Below, piece after piece: positions 20,962 to 29,389 of a stretch of 44,240 nucleotides of DNA. Below the pieces are notes generated by a model. That model made no database searches. It had not been told where the DNA came from and saw only the letters and a program-made list of their open reading frames with translations. The stretch is from Anaeromyxobacter sp. Its GTDB lineage: Bacteria > Myxococcota > Myxococcia > Myxococcales > Anaeromyxobacteraceae. A program made the position numbers and the translations under genes. The first letter of the stretch is position 1. Each line of letters opens with the position of its first letter. Where the stretch lies: contig JASGJN010000003.1 of NCBI GenBank assembly GCA_049840735.1, positions 1 through 44,240 of the forward strand, written 5' to 3'.

Positions 20962-22071
20962 CTACGCCGCGTCGCGCTCGGCAGCGGCCGCGTTGGCGGC
21001 GGCCGGCGCGGGCGCCAGGTGGGCGCGCCGGGCGCGGCGCCAGGCGATGACGCGGTCGCGCAGCGCCAGGCAGGGCTGCTCCACCAGCGCGTAGCTGACC
21101 ATCGCCATGCCCAGGGCGCCCAGCACGTTCATGGGGAAGGTGCCGGACCAGGTGCCCCAGCTCTCACCGGCGAAGAACGGCTGCTGCCACAGGTAGAGGC
21201 TGTAGGACAGGACGCCGAGGCGGGCCACCGGCTTCCAGTTGAGGAAGCGCCCCGCCGCGGTCTCGGGCCGCTCCACCGCCCAGGCCAGCAGCGCCATCAC
21301 CGCCAGCGCCTCCAGGCTCCACCCCACCGGCCAGGCCCAGGCGCCCTCGTGGCGGATGGTGAGCAGCGGCGAGCCGATCACCAGCGTGAAGGCGGCGACG
21401 GCCGCGGTCAGGTTGTGCGTGAGGAAGCGGAGGAACGCCGTCCCCCGCAGCTGCTGGCGGGACAGCGCCAGCCAGCAGCCCGCCATCAGCGCGTCGATGC
21501 GGGTGTGCCACATCGAGGCGAGGTCGGCGTCGGGATCGTAGTGGCCGTGGACCACGCGGATCACCGGCGAGGCCAGCAGCAGGACCAGCGACGCCCAGCG
21601 CGACCAGCGCCCGGCCAGCACCACCGTCACCGGCCAGAGCAGGTAGAACTGCTCCTCCACCGAGAGCGACCAGGAGTGGCCCAGCCACCAGCCGGAGGGG
21701 AGGTAGTCGGTGAGGAAGAGCAGCGCGTTGCGGTAGCCGTGCTCCGGCACCGGCGCCGACACCAGCCACATCACCGCCACGTAGGCCCAGAACGGCGGCA
21801 GGATCCGGAAGGCGCGCCGGAGGTAGAACTCGGTCAGGCTGATGCGGCCCGCCTGCTCGCGCTCGCGCTGGAGCAGCGAGGTGATGAGGAAGCCGCTGAT
21901 GCCGAAGAAGACCCCCACGCCCAGCGGGCCCAGGTTCCGGAGCAGCCGCACCCAGATCAGGTCCTGGTGGTCCAGGCCGTACGCGAAGAACGCGTGGGAG
22001 ACCAGCACGCCCGCGATGGAGAACGCGCGCAGGCCGTCGAGGGATGGGATCCGGGAATCGCTGCGCTTCAC
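20962..22071 (-). CDS. Acyltransferase family 3 (OafA/OatA-like) membrane O-acyltransferase
   Basis: SLDGLRA, GVGVFFGISGFLIT, FYLRRAFRILPP, HSWSLSVEEQFYLLWP, LSYSLYLWQ, YALVEQP. Confidence 0.92.
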   Translation of the reverse strand: MKRSDSRIPSLDGLRAFSIAGVLVSHAFFAYGLDHQDLIWVRLLRNLGPLGVGVFFGISGFLITSLLQREREQAGRISLTEFYLRRAFRILPPFWAYVAVMWLVSAPVPEHGYRNALLFLTDYLPSGWWLGHSWSLSVEEQFYLLWPVTVVLAGRWSRWASLVLLLASPVIRVVHGHYDPDADLASMWHTRIDALMAGCWLALSRQQLRGTAFLRFLTHNLTAAVAAFTLVIGSPLLTIRHEGAWAWPVGWSLEALAVMALLAWAVERPETAAGRFLNWKPVARLGVLSYSLYLWQQPFFAGESWGTWSGTFPMNVLGALGMAMVSYALVEQPCLALRDRVIAWRRARRAHLAPAPAAANAAAAERDAA

Positions 22072-22164
22072 GCCGGGGAGCTCCTGCCGCGGGGCCCCGC
22101 AGACCCGCGAGCGGCGCAGCCTGTCACACCGCAGCGGCCCCGACAAGCCGGCCCCCGGCCGCGC

Positions 22165-22204
22165 TTGACGCCGGCCCGCCGCGCAACTATTGCTATGACA
22201 AATG
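22165..22204 (+). promoter_or_regulatory. Candidate sigma70 promoter/MarR operator
   Basis: TTGACG-N17-TATTGC within the only AT-rich patch nearby; imperfect palindrome ATTGCTATGACAAAT just before marR. Confidence 0.4.
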
Positions 22205-22657
22205 TTGCCGCAGCAAGAATACGTGGGGCTGCTCATCGCGGTCGCCCGGCGGCGGATCAAGCAGGCGGTGCTGGCCCGCGCCGCGGGCCACCGGCTCTCG
22301 CCGCAGCAGTTCTGGCTGCTGGTGGGGCTGCTGGAGCGGCCCGGCGCCTCGCAGCGCGAGCTGGCCGGGGCGCTCCACCTCGACGCCCCCACCGCCTCCC
22401 GCGTGGTGGCCGCGCTGGTGCGCCGGCGGCTGGTGCGCGTCGAGGCCGACCCGGCGGACCGCCGCCGGGTGCGCCTCCACCTCACGCCGGCCGGCGCGCA
22501 GCTGGCCGGCCGGCTGGCCGTGGCCGCCGCAGAGATCCGCGAGACCGTCGTCGAGGGGCTCTCCGGCGCCGAGCTGGAGGCGCTCCGCCGGTCCCTGCGC
22601 CACGTCATCGCCAACCTGGAGCGGCTCGAGGGCCGCGCCGTCCGGAGCCTGCCATGA
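22202..22657 (+). CDS. MarR family transcriptional regulator
   Basis: LSPQQFWLL, SQRELA, TASRVVAALVRRRLV, DPADRRRVRLHLTPAG. Confidence 0.92.
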   Translation: MLPQQEYVGLLIAVARRRIKQAVLARAAGHRLSPQQFWLLVGLLERPGASQRELAGALHLDAPTASRVVAALVRRRLVRVEADPADRRRVRLHLTPAGAQLAGRLAVAAAEIRETVVEGLSGAELEALRRSLRHVIANLERLEGRAVRSLP

Positions 22658-23946
22658 AGCGCGTCCTCCTCGTCCTCCTCGCCGTGGCCGCGGTGGCCGG
22701 CGCGCTCGTGGCGTGGCGCTGGCGCGCCGGCGGCGACGCGGTGGGCCGGTACGAGACCGCGGCGGTGGATCGCGGCCGGGTGGTGGCCCGCGTCACCGCC
22801 ACCGGCACGCTCTCCGCGCTGGTGACGGTGCAGGTGGGCAGCCAGGTCTCCGGCCGGATCTCCGAGCTGCACGCCGACTTCAACGACCGCGTGCGGAAGG
22901 GGCAGCTCATCGCCCGCATCGACCCGGCCCTCTTCGAGGCCGCGGTGCAGCAGCAGCGCGCCAACGTGGTCGCGGCGCAGGGCAACCTGGCCCGGGCCCG
23001 CGCCCAGGCGGCCGACGCCGGCCGGCAGCTGGCCCGCACCCAGGATCTCTTCCAGAAGCAGCTGGCGTCGCGGGCGGAGCTGGACACCGCCCGCGCCACT
23101 GCCGAGGCCGCCGACGCCTCGGTGCAGGCGTCGCAGGGGTCGCTGGCGCAGGCCCGCGCGGCCGCGCACCAGGCGGAGGTGAACCTGGCCTACACCCGCA
23201 TCGTCTCGCCGACCGACGGGGTGGTCATCTCGCGCAACGTGGACGTGGGCCAGACCGTGGCGGCCTCCCTCCAGGCGCCCACGCTGTTCGTGATCGCCGA
23301 GGACCTGGCGCGCATGCAGGTGGACACCAGCGTGGCCGAGGCCGACGTGGGCCGGCTGCGCGCCGGGATGCCGGCCAGCTTCACCGTGGACGCCTGGCCG
23401 GGCGAGACCTTCCAGGGCGCGGTGCGGCAGGTCCGCAACGCGCCGCAGACCGTGCAGAACGTGGTCACCTACGACGCGGTGGTGGACGTGGCCAACCCCG
23501 AGCAGCGGCTCAAGCCGGGCATGACCGCCACCGTCACCTTCATCTACGCCGAGCGCGAGGACGCGCTGCGCCTGCCCAACGCCGCCCTGCGCTTCCGGCC
23601 GCCGGCCAGCCTGCGCGCCGCGCGCGGAGCCGCCGCGCCCGCGGCGCAGCCCGCGGCGGAGCGGCAGGGGGCGGGCGGCGCGGGGCAGGGCGGCGCGCGC
23701 GGGGCACGCCCCGGCGGCCGCGGCGCCGCCGAGCGGACGGTCTGGGTGGTGCGCGCGCCGGGCCGCGCGCCCGAGCCGGTGCAGATCCGGACCGGCATCA
23801 GCGACGGCTCGGTCACCGAGGTGCTGGAGGGCGGGCTGCAGGCCGGCGACGCGGTGGTGACCGAGGCGGTGGGCGGCGCGGGCGGCGGCGCCCAGGGCGG
23901 CGGGGCGCCGGGCATGGGCGGCGGCCGCGGCCGCGGGCCGTTCTAG
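22654..23946 (+). CDS. MacA-like efflux periplasmic adaptor (membrane fusion protein)
   Basis: N-terminal TM, VQVGSQVSGRI, coiled hairpin, IVSPTDGVVI..VDVGQTV, VAEADVG, LKPGMTA. Confidence 0.9.
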   Translation: MKRVLLVLLAVAAVAGALVAWRWRAGGDAVGRYETAAVDRGRVVARVTATGTLSALVTVQVGSQVSGRISELHADFNDRVRKGQLIARIDPALFEAAVQQQRANVVAAQGNLARARAQAADAGRQLARTQDLFQKQLASRAELDTARATAEAADASVQASQGSLAQARAAAHQAEVNLAYTRIVSPTDGVVISRNVDVGQTVAASLQAPTLFVIAEDLARMQVDTSVAEADVGRLRAGMPASFTVDAWPGETFQGAVRQVRNAPQTVQNVVTYDAVVDVANPEQRLKPGMTATVTFIYAEREDALRLPNAALRFRPPASLRAARGAAAPAAQPAAERQGAGGAGQGGARGARPGGRGAAERTVWVVRAPGRAPEPVQIRTGISDGSVTEVLEGGLQAGDAVVTEAVGGAGGGAQGGGAPGMGGGRGRGPF

Positions 23947-23955
23947 GGGGCCGGC

Positions 23956-24723
23956 ATGGACCCGCTCGTCGCGCTCGAGGACGTCTGGAAGACCTACACC
24001 ATGGGTGACGTGCGGCTGCACGCGCTCAAGGGCGTGTCGCTGACCATCGCCGAGGGGGAGTTCACCGCCGTCATGGGCGCCTCCGGCTCGGGCAAGTCCA
24101 CGCTGATGAACCTGCTCGGCTGCCTGGACCGCCCCTCCCGCGGGCGCTACCTGCTGGAGGGCCAGGACGTCTCGGCCCTGTCCCGCGACGCGCTGGCGGC
24201 GCTCCGCAACCGGACGCTGGGCTTCGTCTTCCAGAGCTTCAACCTGCTCTCGCGCACCAGCGCCCTGGAGAACGTGGAGCTGCCGCTGCTCTACGCCGGC
24301 GTCCACGCCGCCGAGCGCCACGCCCGGGCCCGGGCGGCGCTGGAGCGGGTCGGGCTGGGCGCGCGGCTGGACCACCACCCCAGCCAGCTCTCCGGCGGGC
24401 AGCAGCAGCGCGTGGCCATCGCCCGCGCGCTGGTCAACCAGCCGCGGGTGCTGCTGGCCGACGAGCCCACCGGCAACCTCGACTCGCGCACCAGCGTGGA
24501 GATCATGGCGCTGCTGCAGGCGCTGGGGCGCGGCGGCATCACCGTGCTGCTGGTGACGCACGAGCCGGACATCGCCGCCCACGCCGCGCGGGTCATCACC
24601 ATGCGCGACGGCAAGGTCCGCTCCGACGTCCAGCAGGCGCCGCTCCCGGCCGTGCCGCTGCCGCCCGAGCCGGAGGACGCGGAAGAGGCCGCCGGGGCGC
24701 CGGCGGCCGGGGAGGCCCCGTGA
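23956..24723 (+). CDS. MacB/LolD-type ABC ATP-binding protein
   Basis: GASGSGKS, GFVFQSFNLL, LSGGQQQRVAIARAL, LLADEPTGNLD, VTHE. Confidence 0.93.
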   Translation: MDPLVALEDVWKTYTMGDVRLHALKGVSLTIAEGEFTAVMGASGSGKSTLMNLLGCLDRPSRGRYLLEGQDVSALSRDALAALRNRTLGFVFQSFNLLSRTSALENVELPLLYAGVHAAERHARARAALERVGLGARLDHHPSQLSGGQQQRVAIARALVNQPRVLLADEPTGNLDSRTSVEIMALLQALGRGGITVLLVTHEPDIAAHAARVITMRDGKVRSDVQQAPLPAVPLPPEPEDAEEAAGAPAAGEAP

Positions 24724-25943
24724 ACCTGCTCCAGGTGCTCCGGGTGGCGCTGCGCGCGCTGGCCCGCGCCAAGGCGCGCTCCTTCCTCACCGCGCTGGGC
24801 GTGGTGATCGGGGTGGCCGCCGTGATCGTCACCGCCGCCATCGGCGACGGGGCCAAGGCGGCGGTCCAGGCCGCCTCCGAGGCCATGGGCGCGAACCTCC
24901 TCATCGTCCTCAACGGCACCACCACCTCCGGCGGCGCCATGGGCGGCTTCGGCAGCCAGCCCACCCTGACCTGGGACGACCTGCGCGCCATCCGCACCGA
25001 GCTGCCCTCGGTACGCGGCGCGGCCCCGCTGCTCCGCTCCGCCGCCCCGGTCATCGCCGACGAGCTCAACTGGACCACGCAGGTGCAGGGCACCACGCCC
25101 GACTACTTCACCATCCGCAGCTGGCCAGCCGCGCGCGGCGCGCTCTTCACCGGCAGCGACGTGGACGCCGGCACCAAGGTGGCGCTGCTGGGCCGCACGG
25201 TGGCCGACCGGCTCTTCGGCGACGCCGATCCCACCGGGCAGCAGGTCCGGATCCGGAACGTGCCGTTCCAGGTGGTGGGCGTGCTGGCCACCAAGGGGCA
25301 GTCCACCAACGGCCAGGACCTGGACGACGTGGTGCTGATCCCGGCCACCACCTTCACCGCCAAGATCCAGGGCGGGCTGCGCAACCTGATCCAGGGGGCC
25401 ATCTTCGTGGGCGCGGCCTCGAACGACACCGCCCGGACCCAGGCGCAGGTCCGCGCGCTGCTGCGCGACCGCCACCGGCTCCCCCAGGGCGCGGACGACG
25501 ACTTCTCCATCCGCAACCTGGCCGAGGCGGCCAGCAACCGGGAGCAGAACGCCCGGACCATGGGCATCCTGCTGGCCGGGGTGGCGGCGGTGTCGCTGGT
25601 GGTGGGCGGGATCGGCATCATGAACATCATGCTGGTCTCGGTGACCGAGCGGACCCGCGAGATCGGGGTGCGCATGGCGGTCGGGGCCCGCGCGCGCGAC
25701 GTGCTGGCCCAGTTCCTGACCGAGGCGCTGGTGCTCTCCGTCGCCGGCGGGCTTATCGGCGTGGCGCTGGGGATGGCCGTCGCCGCCTGGGTGGCGTTCA
25801 TGGCCGACTGGCCGGTGCTGATCCGGCCGGACGTGGTGCTGGTGGCCATGGCCTTCAGCGCCCTGGTGGGCGCCGTCTTCGGCATCTACCCGGCCTGGCG
25901 GGCGTCGCGGCTGGATCCCATCCAGGCGCTGCGCTTCGAGTGA
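24720..25943 (+). CDS. MacB/FtsX-type ABC permease
   Basis: RSFLTALGVVIGV, VGGIGIMNIMLVSVTERTREIGVRMAVGA, GIYPAWRASRLDPIQALRFE. Confidence 0.93.
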   Translation: MNLLQVLRVALRALARAKARSFLTALGVVIGVAAVIVTAAIGDGAKAAVQAASEAMGANLLIVLNGTTTSGGAMGGFGSQPTLTWDDLRAIRTELPSVRGAAPLLRSAAPVIADELNWTTQVQGTTPDYFTIRSWPAARGALFTGSDVDAGTKVALLGRTVADRLFGDADPTGQQVRIRNVPFQVVGVLATKGQSTNGQDLDDVVLIPATTFTAKIQGGLRNLIQGAIFVGAASNDTARTQAQVRALLRDRHRLPQGADDDFSIRNLAEAASNREQNARTMGILLAGVAAVSLVVGGIGIMNIMLVSVTERTREIGVRMAVGARARDVLAQFLTEALVLSVAGGLIGVALGMAVAAWVAFMADWPVLIRPDVVLVAMAFSALVGAVFGIYPAWRASRLDPIQALRFE

Positions 25944-25965
25944 CCCCGCCCCCGCGTCGCAGCCG

Positions 25966-27144
25966 TCAGCGGCTGAACGAGAACTGCAGCCGCTCCTCGG
26001 TGACCAGGTCCTTCGCCGGCGTGAGCTCGGTCTGCTTCTCCCGGAGCGTCTCGGTCCAGCTGTCGGCCAGGGTGGCATCCGTGGCGTGCCCCTTGAACGG
26101 GCCGAAGGTGCGCTGGAAGGAGACCACCCGCGGCACCTCGGTGCGCTTGCCCCGGAGCGGCTCCTCGCCGGGGCAGTCCTTCACCTTCTCCCGCTCCAGG
26201 GTCTCGGTGTACTTCCCCTCGCCCGAGACCGCCTTCACGTGCACCCAGTACAGCCCCTGCTTGCGGTCGAACTCGAGCTTGATCCCCACCACGCGCACGC
26301 CGGCCTGCAGCTGCTCCAGCCCCCTGGCGTGCACCTCGTCCCGCTGCGCGCCGGTGAAGGTGGAGGGCACCAGCCGCTGGTGCTCGTCGGTGTAGACGCC
26401 GTCCTTGAGCTCGAGGCACCGGGAGCAGGTCTCGAAGTAGCGCTCGGTCCGCCCCGAGACCTCGTCCACCTCGAAGCTGCCGTCGTACGTGACGCGCCCC
26501 TTCCGCTCGAGCGCGAGGGTCAGCCGGTCGTCCACGGTCCGGCCGATGGCCTCGGTGAAGCGGCAGCGCCCGCTCTCGCCGGAGCGGTCCTGGCGCTGGT
26601 CGAGCTTGCGCGTCCGGGTGAAGGTGAGCTTCCCCTTCCACGGGCAGAGCTCGGCCGCGGCCAGGTCCTCCGCCACCCCGGCCGCCCAGCGCGAGAGGTC
26701 GGCGCGCTGCCGGTCCAGCGCGCCGGGCTCGAGCTGCACCTGCGAGGTCCCGTGCGCCTGGCAGCGGGCGAACACCGAGGCCGAGGCGCTGAAGACCTCC
26801 CCCTGCCCGCAGCGCAGGGTGGCGCCCACCACCGCGTCGCCCAGCAGGCCGTCGACCAGGTCCGGGGTGAGGGTCGGCTCGCCCGTGAGGACGGCCCGCT
26901 CTCGAGCGCGGCGGAAGGCGTCCTGCGCGTCGCTGCGCCGGATCACCTGCACGCAGGGGTTCCGGGCGGAGACCTGCCGGGCCAGCTCCGCCTCGACGAA
27001 GGCCCACAGGCCGCGGCAGCTGCCCTGGGCCTGGCTGGCGTCCACCTTGATGACGACCTTCGGCCGCTCCCGCGGCGGCGGGGCGGCGGACGCCCCGGCC
27101 GCGAGCTGGAGGGAGAGGAGCGCGGCGAGTGCGGAGAGGGTCAT
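25966..27144 (-). CDS. Secreted Cys-containing hypothetical protein
   Basis: Signal peptide MTLSALAALLSLQLAAGASA, host-like codon usage, several Cys and a beta-rich C-terminal half. Confidence 0.65.
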   Translation of the reverse strand: MTLSALAALLSLQLAAGASAAPPPRERPKVVIKVDASQAQGSCRGLWAFVEAELARQVSARNPCVQVIRRSDAQDAFRRARERAVLTGEPTLTPDLVDGLLGDAVVGATLRCGQGEVFSASASVFARCQAHGTSQVQLEPGALDRQRADLSRWAAGVAEDLAAAELCPWKGKLTFTRTRKLDQRQDRSGESGRCRFTEAIGRTVDDRLTLALERKGRVTYDGSFEVDEVSGRTERYFETCSRCLELKDGVYTDEHQRLVPSTFTGAQRDEVHARGLEQLQAGVRVVGIKLEFDRKQGLYWVHVKAVSGEGKYTETLEREKVKDCPGEEPLRGKRTEVPRVVSFQRTFGPFKGHATDATLADSWTETLREKQTELTPAKDLVTEERLQFSFSR

Positions 27145-27147
27145 GGC

Positions 27148-27957
27148 TCAGCGCTCCAGGAGCTCGAGGTGGGGCAGCTGGGTCTTCAGGCGGGCCTTCT
27201 CGGCGGGCGGGAGCGGCGTGCGCGCCACCCCCAGGAGCTGGAGCCGGCCCAGCTCGCCCAGGGCGGGCGGGAGGGCGGCGAGCGGGTTCTGGTCCACGTA
27301 GAGCTGCTCCAGGGACCGGAGCCGGCCCAGCTCCGGCGGCAGGCGCGTGAGCCCGTTCCCGCTCAGCGCCAGGATCCGCAGCGAGCCGAGCCGGCCCACC
27401 GCAGCCGGCACCTGCACCAGCCGCTTCCCCAGGCCGACCGCGTACAGCTCCTCCAGCTCGAGCCCGGCCACCTGCGCCAGGATGGGCTCGAGGTCGACCG
27501 GCTTCCCGGTGCGGGCGCCCACCACGAACAGCACCTTGAGGCCGGTGCAGGAGGAGAGCTGGTCGGGCGGGAGGCGGGGGTCGGGGCGGTCGACGTCCAC
27601 CGCCCAGATCTCGAGCCCCTCCCGGAAGCCGCTGGTCTCGAGCTCCGCGCCGGCGGCGCGCTCGGCCTCGATGGCCGCCCGGACGGCGTCGGCCTCCGAA
27701 GACCCGATGACGAGCCGCTCGGGCGGCGGCTCGCCTCCCGCCCGCGGGGCCGGCGGCGGCTCGCCGCTGGCGCTGCGCGTGAGCGCCTCCAGCTGCTCCA
27801 CGCCGCGCCGGACCGACTCCGGGTCGTCGGGGTCGATCCGCTGGCGGATCCGCTCCACCTCCGCCTCCAGCTCCTCCTCGGTGATGGCGCTGGCCCGCGG
27901 GCCCGGCGCGAGCGCGGCGGCGAGGGCGAGGAGCGGGACGAGCCGAGACCAGCGCAT
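27148..27957 (-). CDS. Secreted leucine-rich repeat protein
   Basis: Signal peptide; LxxLxxLxLxxNxL repeats (LGSLRILALSGNGLTRLPPELGRLRSLEQLYVDQNPL). Confidence 0.8.
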   Translation of the reverse strand: MRWSRLVPLLALAAALAPGPRASAITEEELEAEVERIRQRIDPDDPESVRRGVEQLEALTRSASGEPPPAPRAGGEPPPERLVIGSSEADAVRAAIEAERAAGAELETSGFREGLEIWAVDVDRPDPRLPPDQLSSCTGLKVLFVVGARTGKPVDLEPILAQVAGLELEELYAVGLGKRLVQVPAAVGRLGSLRILALSGNGLTRLPPELGRLRSLEQLYVDQNPLAALPPALGELGRLQLLGVARTPLPPAEKARLKTQLPHLELLER

Positions 27958-28120
27958 GCGGGATCCCTTGGCCGAGGGCCGGAGGAGCCCGGCGCGGCCA
28001 TCCTACACGAACCGCCCGTCCGCTCACCCACCGTGATGTGCCGGCGCGCGTCCCCTCGACCAGGGACGGGCCCCCGCCGCGCCGGTGGCGGGCGTCAGGC
28101 CTGGGCGCTAGACCGGCGGC

Positions 28121-29362
28121 ATGGCCTCCCCGCCCGCACCGCCCCGGCGCCGCACCGCCCCCCGCGCGGCCGCCGCGCTCACGCCGGCCGAGGCCCGCGC
28201 CTGGCTGGTCGGGCACCTGGCCCTGCGCGCCCCCGCGTTCCCGCCCGGCGCGCCCGGCGTCCGGGCCCTGCTGGAGCGGCTGCGCTGCATCCAGCTCGAC
28301 CCGCTCGATCCGCTCGGCACCAACGCCGACCTGGTGGCCCTGGCGCGCGTGGACGGGATCGCCCGCGGCGACGTCTACCGCCACCTGCTGCCCGGCCACG
28401 CCTTCGAGCACTTCGCCAAGGAGCGCTGCCTGCTCCCGCCCGCCGCCTTCCCCTGGTACCGCGCCGAGCTGGCGGTGGAGCCGCCCTGGTGGTCGCACGG
28501 CGAGCGGCTGCGCCGCCTCCCCGCCGGCGTGGTGGAGCGGGTGCTGGAGGAGGTGCGGGCCCGCGGGCCGGTGGCGGCGGACGACCTGTCCGATCACGGC
28601 CGCGTCGAGCCGCTCGACTGGAGCGGCTGGAAGGGGACGGCGCGGGCCGCCAGGATGGCGCTGGAGGTGCTGCAGACGCGCTGCGAGGTGGTGGTGTGTG
28701 GGCGCGGAGCGGGCGGGAAGCGCTACGACGTGCCGGAGCGGGCGCTGCCGGCGGTGGCCGGGCTGGAGGTCCACCCGCGCCGCCGCCCGCCGTCCGCGCG
28801 GGTGGAGGCCTTCCGGCGCTGGGCGCTCGTGGAGCGGGTGGAGGCCACCGGGCTGCTCTCCCGGGCGGGCGGCGCCACCTGGTCCACGCTGGGCGCGACC
28901 CGCACCACGGGGCTGCCGGACGCGCTGCTGGCCGAGGGCGCGCTGGAGGAGGTGCAGGTGCTCGGCTCGCCCCGCACCTACCTGGCCCCGGCCGGCTTCC
29001 GCGCGCGGCGCCACCCGCCCGCCGACGGGCGGCTGCGGCTGCTGGGGCCGCTCGACCCGCTGCTCTGGGACCGCGCCCTGGTCCGGACCGCGTTCGGCTT
29101 CGACTACACCTGGGAGGTCTACAAGCCCGCCGCACAGCGCCGCTTCGGCTGGTACGTCTGCCCGCTGCTGCGCGGCGACGCGCTGGTGGGGCGGGTGGAC
29201 GCGGCGGTGGCCGGCGGCGCGCTGCGGGTGCGCGCCGCCTGGGCGGAGCCGGGCGCGGACCTGGACCGGGCCTCGCTGCGGGCCTGCCTGGAGCGCCACG
29301 CGGCGGCCTGCGGCGCAGGCCGGGTGGTCCTGCCGCGGACCGTCCGCGTCAACCGACCCTGA
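28121..29362 (+). CDS. YcaQ/AlkZ-family (HTH_42) crosslink-repair DNA glycosylase
   Basis: IQLDP (QxD motif), winged-helix segments, LLGPLDPLLWDR, FGFDYTWEVYKPAAQRRFGWYVCPLL. Confidence 0.85.
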   Translation: MASPPAPPRRRTAPRAAAALTPAEARAWLVGHLALRAPAFPPGAPGVRALLERLRCIQLDPLDPLGTNADLVALARVDGIARGDVYRHLLPGHAFEHFAKERCLLPPAAFPWYRAELAVEPPWWSHGERLRRLPAGVVERVLEEVRARGPVAADDLSDHGRVEPLDWSGWKGTARAARMALEVLQTRCEVVVCGRGAGGKRYDVPERALPAVAGLEVHPRRRPPSARVEAFRRWALVERVEATGLLSRAGGATWSTLGATRTTGLPDALLAEGALEEVQVLGSPRTYLAPAGFRARRHPPADGRLRLLGPLDPLLWDRALVRTAFGFDYTWEVYKPAAQRRFGWYVCPLLRGDALVGRVDAAVAGGALRVRAAWAEPGADLDRASLRACLERHAAACGAGRVVLPRTVRVNRP

Positions 29363-29389
29363 GGTGAGCGCCGGCCGGCGGCGCCCGCC

